Source: Bacteroidota bacterium (GTDB taxonomy: Bacteria; Bacteroidota; Bacteroidia; Chitinophagales; LD1). From it: a DNA stretch of 64,000 nucleotides. The notes under the pieces were generated by a model. That model did no database searches, had not been told where the DNA came from, and was given only the letters and a program-made list of their open reading frames with translations. The stretch spans positions 72,660 to 136,659 of the forward strand of contig JAPLES010000005.1 of NCBI GenBank assembly GCA_026391075.1, in the 5' to 3' direction. Below, piece by piece: positions 1 through 8,849 of the stretch. Both the position numbers and the translations under genes were made by a program. Each line of letters starts with the position of its first letter. Positions within the stretch are counted from its first letter, which is position 1.

Positions 1-1340
1 GTTTACTTTTTGTGGTGTTTAGTTTGTGGTTTCTATTTATGAATTTTGATGCACTTGGTCAAATACCAACTCTTTATGGATTTAGCCGAGGCGGTAAACT
101 TTTTAAATTTCTGGGTGATGGTTCAAGCTTCGTAACTATTGGTACATGTACTGGGACTCAATCTCCTGGCCATTTGATGCAAGCAAGCAATGGCTTGATT
201 TACGGTATGAGTGGAAGTGGACAGCTTTTTAATGTTGATCCTAGTAATGATCAATTTACCGTCCTACATACTTTCGGTTGTGTTGCCAATTACTTTTGCA
301 CGTGCCCGCCTCCTTATCCTTATCCAAGATATTGCTCTATTTACAACGGGAACTTAGTTGAAGGAAAAGATGGAATCCTGTACGGAAATTTATGGAACAC
401 GTTATTCAGCTACGATCTTACTAGTAATGCAATTACAATCTATAGTCCGGGTATATCAAATGGAGAAGGGATATTCAATTTGGTTATGGCTGATAATGGC
501 AAAATTTATATGGCTACCTCAGATTATCATGGTTACGGTCACTTATGCAGTTTTGACACCTCCTCACAAACCTACTCTATATTGACATCTTCGACAATCC
601 CACCACAAAATCTTTTAAAGGGGAAAAACGGAATGCTTTATTGCACAATGGATAACAAAGATATACTCTCATTTAATACAGCAACTAATGCTTTTGGGTT
701 TGTATTAACGCTAATATCTCCGGAGATATATCCGGAAGGACTAGCTATAAGTGAGAATAAGCAAATGCTTTATGGTACAATACAAAGAAACACCATATAC
801 AGTTTCAATCTTTTAGACAATACCTATACTCGTTTACGTACTTTTGATTCTAATCCTGATTCCTTAGGTAAATACCCTGGTGGTTCAATAATTTTAGCGA
901 GTGACTGTAAAATATTTGGAATGATTCACACAAACGGATTTAATCGTGATGCCTCTTTTTTTAGCTTCGATATAACCAACAATACCTATACTAAAATACT
1001 TGATGGCTCTTATTCTACAGTTCAGCCGTACGAAGTTGATCAACTTCTGGAAGTAAATCCTGGTCATTGTTCGTTCTCTATGATTAGTGAAAAAAAGGAA
1101 GATATACCCTTCTCCATCTTCCCCAACCCCGCTACCAACCCCGTTACTATAACCATTGATGAAAACATGCTCAACAGCACCGCTACCATTACCGATATAA
1201 CCGGAAGAAAAATGGCGGCTGTTCAACTTCAAACTTTAAACTACAAACTCGAAACCGCAAACTTCGCTAACGGAGTTTATTTTATCAGTTTAGAAAATGA
1301 GAGAGGAAGAGTGACGAAGAAGTTGGTGATACAGAAATAA
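1..1340 (+). CDS. T9SS-secreted repeat protein (beta-propeller/GloVer-like repeats), 5' end probably just outside the window
   Basis: The frame is open to the left window edge, and the GTG at 12 is only the ORF-track start. The first residues are a hydrophobic signal-peptide-like stretch. The body has about 7 degenerate G-x-[LI]-[YF]-G ... [FY]-S-[FY]-[DN] repeats. The C-terminus (FPNPATNPVTITI...GVYFISL...KKLVIQK) is a type A T9SS sorting domain. Confidence 0.6.
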   Translation, partial: LLFVVFSLWFLFMNFDALGQIPTLYGFSRGGKLFKFLGDGSSFVTIGTCTGTQSPGHLMQASNGLIYGMSGSGQLFNVDPSNDQFTVLHTFGCVANYFCTCPPPYPYPRYCSIYNGNLVEGKDGILYGNLWNTLFSYDLTSNAITIYSPGISNGEGIFNLVMADNGKIYMATSDYHGYGHLCSFDTSSQTYSILTSSTIPPQNLLKGKNGMLYCTMDNKDILSFNTATNAFGFVLTLISPEIYPEGLAISENKQMLYGTIQRNTIYSFNLLDNTYTRLRTFDSNPDSLGKYPGGSIILASDCKIFGMIHTNGFNRDASFFSFDITNNTYTKILDGSYSTVQPYEVDQLLEVNPGHCSFSMISEKKEDIPFSIFPNPATNPVTITIDENMLNSTATITDITGRKMAAVQLQTLNYKLETANFANGVYFISLENERGRVTKKLVIQK

Positions 1341-1439
1341 AACAGCATTGTGAACAGGTAAGATCTGCCCACACATAATTGCTATAGTCCCGCAACTAAT
1401 ACTTGCTTTGCCGTATCAGTATTTCTATAAACCATTAGC

Positions 1440-2852
1440 ATGAAAAAAATCTACACCGCTTTTGCGCTTTTATTGTTTGCCGCTTTTTCTTCAACTGCGT
1501 TTGCTCAAACCGCAGAAGATAATGGCGAAGGTGGCGCTTACCCTATGGAAGTAAACGATGCCGCTCACCCATGCATTACCACACAGGAGTATGAGTTGAT
1601 TGAAAAAACCTGTATCGAAAACCGCAAACGCCTCGGTCTGCCGCTCGAAGGGCAGCGCAGTGCTAACACAACTTCGCTCATTTGGCCTTTGCGTGCCGCG
1701 GCTAATCTGCACGACTGCGGTTACTACACCATAAGCGCGGGCGTTGACCACAATGCCGCCACCCCCGCCATAAAAGATTACAACTGCGGCAGCAAAACCT
1801 ACGATGGTCACCGAGGGACCGATATACCTGCATTCCCTTTTGGCTTTCATAAAATGGATAGCAGTCAAGTAGAGGTGATTGCCGCTGCTGCAGGCACTAT
1901 CCTTTATAAATTAGATGGTAACCTCGATAGAAATTGCGCCACTAATAATCTCGCTGCAAACGCTGTAGTTATAGAACATGCCGATGGCTCACAAACGCAT
2001 TACTGGCACATGAAAAACGGCTCGGTTACGAGTAAGATCGTGGGGCAAACCGTTACCGCAGGTGAATACCTTGGTGTGGTGGGCAGCTCCGGAAATTCTT
2101 CGGGACCGCATCTTCATTTCGAAGTATGGAGCGGCAGCACCGTTAGCACTTTGGTTGACCCTTATGCGGGCACTTGTAATTTAATGAATGCTACTTCATG
2201 GTGGGCAAACCAGAAACCATACAACGACCCCACCGCTATAAAGGTATCGGTGAACACCACTGATATTGTAGTGCCCGCCTGCCCCGGCAGTGAAACGCTG
2301 AACGAAAGCAGTTCATATACTATTCCGTTTCAGGGGGCAGGTCTGTCACCCGGTTATGCAAAATTTTATTTGTTCATGCGCGATGAAACCGCTGCACTCA
2401 CTGCCAACTTAAGCATCCTGAATCCTAACGGCTCTACCTTCAATAGCTGGACTTACACGAGCAACACTCCCTACAATTCGAGTTACCGCAGCTTCTCTAA
2501 ACTGCTTCCTACAATAGCGGGAACCTATACTTTCAAAGCTACTTACAACGGCACCATCTGCTCCACCACTTTCAATATTATTACCACCACTTCGGTAAAC
2601 GAAACCGAAACGCCTGATGCATTTTCACTATTTCCTAATCCTGCTACCAATAGTGTTACAATTAATATTGATGAAACCATGCTAGGCAGTACGGCTAAAG
2701 TTACAGATATAACAGGAAGAAGAATAGCGGTTATTAAACTCGTAACACGTAATCTTCAACTCACAACTGAAAACTTTCTCAACGGCACTTACTTTGTAAC
2801 CATTGAAGGCGAAATGGGAAGGGTGACGAAGAAACTCGTCATTCAGAAATGA
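1440..2852 (+). CDS. M23 family metallopeptidase with T9SS C-terminal sorting domain
   Basis: Signal peptide MKKIYTAFALLLFAAFSSTAFAQ. M23 motifs HRGTDI (HxxxD) and GSSGNSSGPHLHFEV (HxH). C-terminal FPNPATNSVTINI...KKLVIQK. Confidence 0.85.
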   Translation: MKKIYTAFALLLFAAFSSTAFAQTAEDNGEGGAYPMEVNDAAHPCITTQEYELIEKTCIENRKRLGLPLEGQRSANTTSLIWPLRAAANLHDCGYYTISAGVDHNAATPAIKDYNCGSKTYDGHRGTDIPAFPFGFHKMDSSQVEVIAAAAGTILYKLDGNLDRNCATNNLAANAVVIEHADGSQTHYWHMKNGSVTSKIVGQTVTAGEYLGVVGSSGNSSGPHLHFEVWSGSTVSTLVDPYAGTCNLMNATSWWANQKPYNDPTAIKVSVNTTDIVVPACPGSETLNESSSYTIPFQGAGLSPGYAKFYLFMRDETAALTANLSILNPNGSTFNSWTYTSNTPYNSSYRSFSKLLPTIAGTYTFKATYNGTICSTTFNIITTTSVNETETPDAFSLFPNPATNSVTINIDETMLGSTAKVTDITGRRIAVIKLVTRNLQLTTENFLNGTYFVTIEGEMGRVTKKLVIQK

Positions 2853-2928
2853 TTTTTCAAAAACATTTTCTAAACCGCTAAACTGCGAACTATAATTATT
2901 CCTTTACTTCGAACCTTAAAATTTTTCT

Positions 2929-3783
2929 ATGTCGTTTGAAATTAAAAAAACAGGAGTAGCGGGAGCAGGTGCCATGGGCGCGGGAATAGCACAGGTATTT
3001 GCACAGGCAAACTTAGATGTGGTATTGTTTGATTTGAACATTGCGCAGTTAGAAAAAGCAAAAACAGAAATCGAAAAGAATCTAGCCTTCGCGGTTTCGA
3101 AAAGTAAAATTTCAGAAGCCGATAAAACTGCTGCCTTATCGCGGATTGTTTTTTCTGCCGATATCAATTCATTGAAAGCTGATTTAATTATTGAAGCGAT
3201 TGTAGAAAAGTTAGAAGCCAAGCGCGAACTGTTTCAAAACCTGGCGGAAATTAATTCTGCTGAAACAATTTTAGCAACAAACACTTCTTCTATTCCCGTT
3301 ACGCGAATAGCAAAAGATATTTCGAATCCACAGCGTGTGGTGGGTATGCACTTTTTTAATCCTGCTCATTTAATGAAGTTAGTGGAAGTAATTTCAGGAG
3401 TCGAAACTTCTGCTGAAGTAGCAGAAACCATCAAACAACTTTCCATTACCATTGGCAAAACGCCTATTATGTGTAAGGACTCCCCGGGTTTTATTGTGAA
3501 CCGTGTAGCGCGTCATTATTATGTAGAGAGTTTAAAAATGCTAGAAGAAAAAGTAGCCACCACCGAAACTATTGATGCGTTGATGGAAAGTGCGGGTTTT
3601 AAAATGGGTCCTTTTAAATTAATGGATCACGTAGGCAACGATATCAACTTTGCGGTTACGTCTTCCCTGTTCGAGTCATTTCATCACGATGCAAAGTTTC
3701 GTCCTTCACGCATTCAGCAGCAAAAAGTTGATGCCGGGCATCTCGGTAAAAAAACAGGAAAAGGATTTTACGACTACCTGTAA
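2929..3783 (+). CDS. 3-hydroxyacyl-CoA / 3-hydroxybutyryl-CoA dehydrogenase
   Basis: N-terminal Rossmann motif GVAGAGAMGAGIAQVFA. Conserved NTSS, HFFNPA and GFIVNR blocks typical of the 3HCDH family. Length 284 aa. Confidence 0.85.
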   Translation: MSFEIKKTGVAGAGAMGAGIAQVFAQANLDVVLFDLNIAQLEKAKTEIEKNLAFAVSKSKISEADKTAALSRIVFSADINSLKADLIIEAIVEKLEAKRELFQNLAEINSAETILATNTSSIPVTRIAKDISNPQRVVGMHFFNPAHLMKLVEVISGVETSAEVAETIKQLSITIGKTPIMCKDSPGFIVNRVARHYYVESLKMLEEKVATTETIDALMESAGFKMGPFKLMDHVGNDINFAVTSSLFESFHHDAKFRPSRIQQQKVDAGHLGKKTGKGFYDYL

Positions 3784-3882
3784 ATCTGTTTTCAACTTTT
3801 CAATTTCATTGGACCTTCTATTTTCGCAACCTCTGAAAAAGTGAAAGAGTGTCGGCTGTTACCGACAAGGTCTGCGAAAAAA

Positions 3883-3964
3883 GCCCGGGTGGCGAAACTG
3901 GTAGACGCGCTCGTTTCAGGTGCGAGAGCCGCAAGGTGTGGGGGTTCGAATCCCTTCCCGGGCA
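3883..3964 (+). tRNA. tRNA-Leu (anticodon CAG), class II tRNA with long variable arm, no encoded CCA
   Basis: Perfect 7-bp acceptor stem GCCCGGG/CCCGGGC. D arm GCG-AAACTGGTAGA-CGC. Anticodon stem CTCGT/GCGAG with loop TT-CAG-GT. 13-nt variable arm and T loop GGTTCGAATCC. Folded by hand. Confidence 0.85.
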
Positions 3965-3971
3965 CTTTTCA

Positions 3972-4014
3972 ATTAGCTAATTAGCCAATGTGCTGATTAG
4001 CTAATTTTGTTTTG
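3972..4014 (+). terminator. Hairpin built from ATTAGCTAAT palindromes followed by a T-rich tract (possible tRNA terminator)
   Basis: TTAGCTAAT (3973-3981) pairs with ATTAGCTAA (3996-4004). TTTTGTTTT follows. Confidence 0.4.
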
Positions 4015-4030
4015 AGCGAAAAGACATCGT

Positions 4031-4093
4031 TGTCACCCTGAGCTTGTCGAAGGGTTGTTATTCGAAAGATGCTTCGACAAGCTCAGCATGACA
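4031..4093. repeat. REP-like palindromic element, family A (copy 1)
   Basis: Arms TGTCACCCTGAGCTTGTCGAAGG and GCTTCGACAAGCTCAGCATGACA are about 23-bp inverted repeats around a 17-nt spacer. A second copy in reverse orientation lies at 57338-57400. Confidence 0.75.
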
Positions 4094-4110
4094 TTTTGTT
4101 TTCAACGGCT

Positions 4111-4147
4111 AAAAACAAAAAGAGGAAAACATTTCTGCCTTCCTCTT
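4111..4147 (-). terminator. Rho-independent terminator candidate for the aldehyde dehydrogenase gene
   Basis: On the minus strand the stem AGAGGAA/TTCCTCT (4121-4127 / 4140-4146) is followed by TTTTGTTTTT (complement of 4111-4120). Confidence 0.5.
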
Positions 4148-4202
4148 TGTATTTACTGTTTACTGCTGCTGCCTAGTGCTGCTATTTTTTTACTGCTACT
4201 TA

Positions 4203-5864
4203 CTACGCTACTCTTCTATGTCCAATCCAAACAAACCGTTTGTTTACATATTCAGGATTAGTGAACGAAGCGTTTCCCGCAGGGTTACCACCTGTAACGT
4301 GAAAATCACTAAAGCCCGCATGTTGGTTTACCCAAATCATTCCGGTAAGGTTAAGTGACACGGGAGCAAAAACACTTTCCAGTTCTTCAGTAATAGTTGT
4401 TGCCGTTGCTTCATCAGTGGTGTATGCACTGAACGTTATTGCACCATGTTTTTCAACGAGGTCTTTTGCCAGTTCAATACTTTGAGCGGTATCTTTTGTT
4501 TTCACAATAATCACAATCGGTCCAAAAAGTTCTTCTTCATAAATGCCGCTGTCCTTTGCATCTACTTCCAAAACAATAGGAGAAATAACTCTTGCTTCAG
4601 GAAACTCAGCGTTAACTACAGGTTTCGAATCGTGAAGAATAGTTGCATCCAATTCTCTCACAGAGTTTACTCGTTTTACGGTCAAAGGATTTTGAACCGC
4701 ACCATAAGTTCCGGGTCCCATTTGCGGGTGATTGGCAATTCCTGCAATGGCATCTACCAATGCTTTCTTCACTTCTTCATAAGGAATTACGGTATGGCCC
4801 TGTTTAATTCCGCCAGCCGGAATAAAAAAGTTTTGAGGTGCAGTACACATTTGTCCGCTGTAAAGCGAAACAGCAAACGATAAATTCTGAACCACCGGTT
4901 TTAAATCAACCACCGAATCAAGAATCACCGAGTTCACTCCCGCCTTCTCGGTAAAAGTTGTTTTGCCCGGAATTGATTCGATATAATTTCCGAAGGTGCT
5001 TCCACCTGTGTAATCAATCAGTTTAATCAGTTGATGTTCGGCTAATTGTTTTGTAATAAGTTTTGCTGAAGAGTCAACCGCTAACTGACAAACGTTGATG
5101 TCGATTCCTTTTGCCTGCAACGCGTTTTGAATTTCAGAAACGACAATCGCAATAGGATAAACCGATTTAGGATGCGGCTTTACAATCACTGTGTTTCCTG
5201 TAATCAACGAAGCAAAAATTCCCGGCACTGAATTCCATATTGGGAATGTTGAGCAACCGATGCAAAGCGAAATTCCTTTCGGCACTGGTTTAAATTGTTT
5301 TTGCAAAACCACACTCGTTTTACCCATAGGTTTTTCCCAGGTAACGTTTGCAGGAAAACGACTCAACTCTTCGTAACCCACCGCAAGTGCTTCCAACGCG
5401 CGGTCACTTGCATGAGGACCACTCGCCTGAAAACTCATCATAAAACTTTGTCCCGTTGAATGCTGTGTAGCATGAGCAATTTCAAAAAAACGATTTTTCA
5501 CGCGTTCCAAAGCATCCACCAAAATTTCTGCGCGCGTATCAACGCTCACATTTTTCCAAGCCGAAAATGCACGACCTGCGCGCACAATAGTTGTTTCTAC
5601 TTCGAAAACAGGATACGTAACACCCAACGATTTTCCGGTATAAGGCGAAGCTTCTTCACCCGCCCACGATTCAGGATTTTGCTGTAACAAACCCTGAAAT
5701 GATTTGCCCAATTGATTATTGAACGCCTCCAATCCTTTCACAGGAGCTTCTTCGCCATACGCTTTCGGATGCTCGGGATATTGCGCGTAAAACGTGCGCG
5801 CGTGAATAGCTTTAATAGCGTTTTCAATTATTTCTTTGTAATTAGTAGCTGCTGTTGCCGACAT
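4203..5864 (-). CDS. Aldehyde dehydrogenase family protein, PaaN-like (about 550 aa type)
   Basis: The ALDH fold is recognisable. The catalytic Cys context is YSGQMCTAPQNFF and the Glu context is FTEKAGVNS. The N-terminus (ARTFYAQYPEHPKAYGEE) and the length resemble PaaN-type ring-opening aldehyde dehydrogenases. It is divergent from atpG and near a 3-hydroxyacyl-CoA dehydrogenase. Confidence 0.7.
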   Translation of the reverse strand: MSATAATNYKEIIENAIKAIHARTFYAQYPEHPKAYGEEAPVKGLEAFNNQLGKSFQGLLQQNPESWAGEEASPYTGKSLGVTYPVFEVETTIVRAGRAFSAWKNVSVDTRAEILVDALERVKNRFFEIAHATQHSTGQSFMMSFQASGPHASDRALEALAVGYEELSRFPANVTWEKPMGKTSVVLQKQFKPVPKGISLCIGCSTFPIWNSVPGIFASLITGNTVIVKPHPKSVYPIAIVVSEIQNALQAKGIDINVCQLAVDSSAKLITKQLAEHQLIKLIDYTGGSTFGNYIESIPGKTTFTEKAGVNSVILDSVVDLKPVVQNLSFAVSLYSGQMCTAPQNFFIPAGGIKQGHTVIPYEEVKKALVDAIAGIANHPQMGPGTYGAVQNPLTVKRVNSVRELDATILHDSKPVVNAEFPEARVISPIVLEVDAKDSGIYEEELFGPIVIIVKTKDTAQSIELAKDLVEKHGAITFSAYTTDEATATTITEELESVFAPVSLNLTGMIWVNQHAGFSDFHVTGGNPAGNASFTNPEYVNKRFVWIGHRRVA

Positions 5865-6035
5865 AGAAAATTATTTTGTGTGTTGAAAATTAAGGGTGTG
5901 AAAATAGAAAAAGCAAGCAGATAACAGGCGGAAGAAAAACCCTTTGAAAGGCGACAGATTTACCTGTTGTATCTCTACGTTATTCTTCTATTTTTGCCGC
6001 GCAATTTTTTAAAAGATAACAGCGAGAATCTCCTT

Positions 6036-6926
6036 ATGGCAAATCTGAAAGAAGTAAGAATTCGTATAGCCAGTGTAAACACTACACAGCAAATTACCAA
6101 AGCCATGAAACTGGTTTCGGCTTCTAAATTGAAACGTGCACAAGACCGCATTTTGCAAATGCGTCCGTATTCAGAAAAGCTGAATGAAATGCTGAGCAAC
6201 ATTATGAGCGGAATGGAAGGTGGCTCTTCGCTTAGCTTTAATAAGCAACGCGAAGTGAAGAAGGTTTTGATTGTGCTGATTACTTCAGATAAAGGTTTGT
6301 GCGGTGGTTTTAATTCGAACCTGATTAAGACAGCGCGCAAAGCAATTACTGAAGATTACGCCACACAGAAGAAGAACAAAGGCGTAACTTTCCTTTGCGT
6401 TGGAAGAAAAGGATACGATTACTTTAAGAAAGATAAAGACCTCAATTTCATTACCGACCATGTGGGATTAACTGCAAGACTTTCTTTCGAAAACTCACAA
6501 CAGGTTTCTGAATTTTTGATGCAAAGTTTCATCGAAGAAAAATATGATGTAATTGAACTGGTGTATTCAAAGTTTGTGAATGCAGCCGTTCAGAAATATC
6601 AGTTCGAAAGATTTTTACCTGTGGCAACATCGACACAAAACCCGGCAGTGAAAACAAAAGCCGATTACATTTTCGAACCTGAAAAAGAAAAATTGCTCGA
6701 AGAACTCGTTCCGAAAATCTTGAACACACAACTCTTCAAAGCGCTTTGCGATAACTTAGCTTCAGAACATGGTGCACGAATGGTAGCTATGGATTCGGCA
6801 ACGAACAACGCGAACGAACTCATTCGCAGTTTGAAAATTGTTTACAACCGCGAACGTCAGTCAACTATTACCAAAGAACTTTTGGAAATTGTGGCAGGAG
6901 CAGCAGCATTGGAAGAGAAAGGATAG
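6036..6926 (+). CDS. atpG: F0F1 ATP synthase subunit gamma
   Basis: MANLKEVRIRIASVNTTQQITKAMKLVSASKLKRAQ is the canonical AtpG N-terminus, and the C-terminus reads RQSTITKELLEIVAGAAALE. The ATG at 6036 is preferred over the ORF-track start at 5967. Confidence 0.9.
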   Translation: MANLKEVRIRIASVNTTQQITKAMKLVSASKLKRAQDRILQMRPYSEKLNEMLSNIMSGMEGGSSLSFNKQREVKKVLIVLITSDKGLCGGFNSNLIKTARKAITEDYATQKKNKGVTFLCVGRKGYDYFKKDKDLNFITDHVGLTARLSFENSQQVSEFLMQSFIEEKYDVIELVYSKFVNAAVQKYQFERFLPVATSTQNPAVKTKADYIFEPEKEKLLEELVPKILNTQLFKALCDNLASEHGARMVAMDSATNNANELIRSLKIVYNRERQSTITKELLEIVAGAAALEEKG

Positions 6927-6928
6927 AA

Positions 6929-6988
6929 GACGATGAGTTGATGGGTAAATTAGCAGATGAGCAAATGAAATACATCGTCAGTTTTTTT
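6929..6988 (+). terminator. Terminator-like structure after atpG
   Basis: GACGATG (6929-6935) pairs with CATCGTC (6973-6979) and is followed by a T7 run (6982-6988). It is nested with a 13-bp stem TTAGCAGATGAGC (6950-6962) / GCTCATTTGCTAA (7003-7015). Confidence 0.4.
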
Positions 6989-7037
6989 GCATCTTAACAT
7001 CAGCTCATTTGCTAATCGGCTAATCATCTAATTAAAC

Positions 7038-7646
7038 ATGGAAAATTTACACCAACATATCGAAGCCCTTGTTTTCAGCAGTGAAACTGCTGTTACCAAA
7101 GCTGATATTGTTCAGGTGATGAACAAAGCTTTTCCGGGAACTGTGCTCGATGAACAAATAGTGGAATCTGTTCTCAACGATTTACAGGAAAAATTCAGAA
7201 GCGATATTTTTGCGTTTGAGCTGCGAGTGATTGGTGGTGGCTATCAGTTTTTTACCAAGGCAGAATACTACGATGCGGTTTCTGTTTTCATTGGACAAAA
7301 AGAAAAGAAACGTCTTTCTACTGCGGCACTTGAAACACTTTCAATTATTGCTTACAAAGGACCTATTACAAAAGTTGAGTGCGAAAAAATTCGAGGGGTT
7401 GATTGCAATTACTCGGTAGAAAAATTATTGGAAAAAGAATTGATTGAAATTTGCGGTCGCATAGAAACCATGCCCGGCAAACCTATTGTTTACAAGGTAA
7501 CACAAACCTTTCTCGACTATTTCGGCATTAACTCTACTACCGAACTTCCAAAACTAAAAGATGTGCTTCCACAACCCGATGACAACACCGTGGGTGAAGT
7601 GCCGGAAGTAATCTCTGACCAGCCTTCCGATATCTCTCCTGAATAA
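7038..7646 (+). CDS. scpB: SMC-Scp complex subunit ScpB (segregation and condensation protein B)
   Basis: HIEALVFSSETAVTKADI, LSTAALETLSIIAYKGPITKVECEKIRGV and PGKPIVYKVTQTFLDYFGI are typical ScpB winged-helix blocks. Confidence 0.85.
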   Translation: MENLHQHIEALVFSSETAVTKADIVQVMNKAFPGTVLDEQIVESVLNDLQEKFRSDIFAFELRVIGGGYQFFTKAEYYDAVSVFIGQKEKKRLSTAALETLSIIAYKGPITKVECEKIRGVDCNYSVEKLLEKELIEICGRIETMPGKPIVYKVTQTFLDYFGINSTTELPKLKDVLPQPDDNTVGEVPEVISDQPSDISPE

Positions 7647-7763
7647 TCTTTCCGTTTGAATGAATCAATCGTCTTGAAATTTATTTTTAAATAAATTTGG
7701 TTTATAAAACAAACTACTTTACAATTGCAGTATAGTTTATCATTAAATCCAAAAACAATACCA

Positions 7764-8366
7764 ATGGAAACTTCAACCAAAGAACTTACGCCTGAAGAGA
7801 GTTTTAAAATTATTCAAACCATGATTGACACTGCCCGAAACAAAGTAGCCGAAGATGGATTTCACTTAATGCTTTGGGGAGTATTGGTGATTCTATGTTG
7901 CGTAGCCAATTATTTTCTCATACAAGTTGATGCAGGTAATATGGCAGGCATCCCTTGGTTGCTCATGCCGTGTATTGGAGTTCCCGCTGGAATACTGTAT
8001 GAAAAAAGCAGAAGCCGTCAACAACAAATAAAATCACACGCTGATTTATACGTGGCGCACATGTGGATGGCATATCTGTTTTCGTTGGTGATGATGATTG
8101 TCTTTTGCTCCTACTCACAAATTTCACCAGTGCCTTTTATTCTAATAATTACAGGTATGGCAACTTTTGCCACAGGAAAAATTTTAAAATTCACTCCTTT
8201 ATTAATTGGAGGAATTATTTTTTGGCTGAGTGCTTTACTTTGTTTGAAAGTGGTGGATGAAAAGCAATTGCTCATTCAAGCGGTAAGCACTTTCTTCGGT
8301 TACATCATTCCAGGAATTTTATTGTGGAGAAACTATAAAGCAGAAACCAATGTTCAAACCGCTTGA
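7764..8366 (+). CDS. Polytopic membrane protein, unknown function
   Basis: Four to five hydrophobic helices. The ATG at 7764 (METSTKEL) is preferred. It overlaps the downstream HTH gene by 17 nt, which suggests an operon. Confidence 0.5.
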   Translation: METSTKELTPEESFKIIQTMIDTARNKVAEDGFHLMLWGVLVILCCVANYFLIQVDAGNMAGIPWLLMPCIGVPAGILYEKSRSRQQQIKSHADLYVAHMWMAYLFSLVMMIVFCSYSQISPVPFILIITGMATFATGKILKFTPLLIGGIIFWLSALLCLKVVDEKQLLIQAVSTFFGYIIPGILLWRNYKAETNVQTA

Positions 8367-8637
8367 CCCATTATTGCATTCTGAATTGCGGTTAGCTGTA
8401 ATGTCGCTGCTGGTGAGCGTGAAGGAAGCTGAGTTTGGTTTCATCAAAGAAAAAACCGGAGCTACTGCGGGCAACCTCAGTATTCAGTTACAAAAATTAT
8501 ACGAGGCAGATTATGTAGTGCTGGAAAAATCTTTCAAAGGAAATTATCCGCTTACTACCTGCCGCATTACTAAAAAAGGAATTGATGCTTTCGAAAAATA
8601 TGTGAATGCATTAAATGCCTACATTCGACCTAAATAA
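8350..8637 (+). CDS. Winged-helix transcriptional regulator (HTH_34-like)
   Basis: LHSELRLAVMSLLVS...FGFIKEKTGATAGNLSIQLQKLYEADYVVLEK...CRITKKGIDAF matches the small winged-helix family commonly paired with a membrane protein. Confidence 0.7.
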   Translation: MFKPLDPLLHSELRLAVMSLLVSVKEAEFGFIKEKTGATAGNLSIQLQKLYEADYVVLEKSFKGNYPLTTCRITKKGIDAFEKYVNALNAYIRPK

Positions 8638-8664
8638 TTTTCATCCACTATAAACAAAAACAAA

Positions 8665-8847
8665 ATGGAAGTAATCAATAACAACAACAAAGAAAAAGAC
8701 AAAATTGGCGGATTGCTTTTTGTAGGCTGTATGTTCATAGGCATGGGCATTGGTCAATACGAAGGAGCCACAGGCACGGGAACACTCATAGGTTTAGGAA
8801 TAGGTTTTTTAGCCATGGCAATTTACCGTGTAGCCAAGAAAGATTAA
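8665..8847 (+). CDS. Small glycine-zipper membrane protein
   Basis: 60 aa with two Gly-rich hydrophobic segments (GGLLFVGCMFIGMGIG and GTLIGLGIGFLAMAI). No recognisable family. Confidence 0.35.
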   Translation: MEVINNNNKEKDKIGGLLFVGCMFIGMGIGQYEGATGTGTLIGLGIGFLAMAIYRVAKKD

Positions 8848-8849
8848 GC

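Noticed and set aside
3883-3964. Possible tRNA-Sec reading: a naive parse of the anticodon region (loop TTTCAGG) puts TCA at the anticodon.
   Set aside because: The fold with a 5-bp anticodon stem CTCGT/GCGAG (one G-U pair) gives a standard 7-nt loop TT-CAG-GT. The anticodon is then CAG, with G37 and a Leu-type long variable arm. The acceptor and T arms are 7/5 bp, not the 8/5 expected of bacterial tRNA-Sec.
5967-6035. N-terminal extension of atpG in the ORF track (MYLYVILLFLPRNFLKDNSENLL).
   Set aside because: The canonical AtpG N-terminus MANLKE begins at the ATG at 6036, and the extension has no counterpart in the family. The same reasoning trimmed the starts at 7725, 19248, 26633, 39523, 39526, 48173, 49663, 51962, 54839 and 60434.
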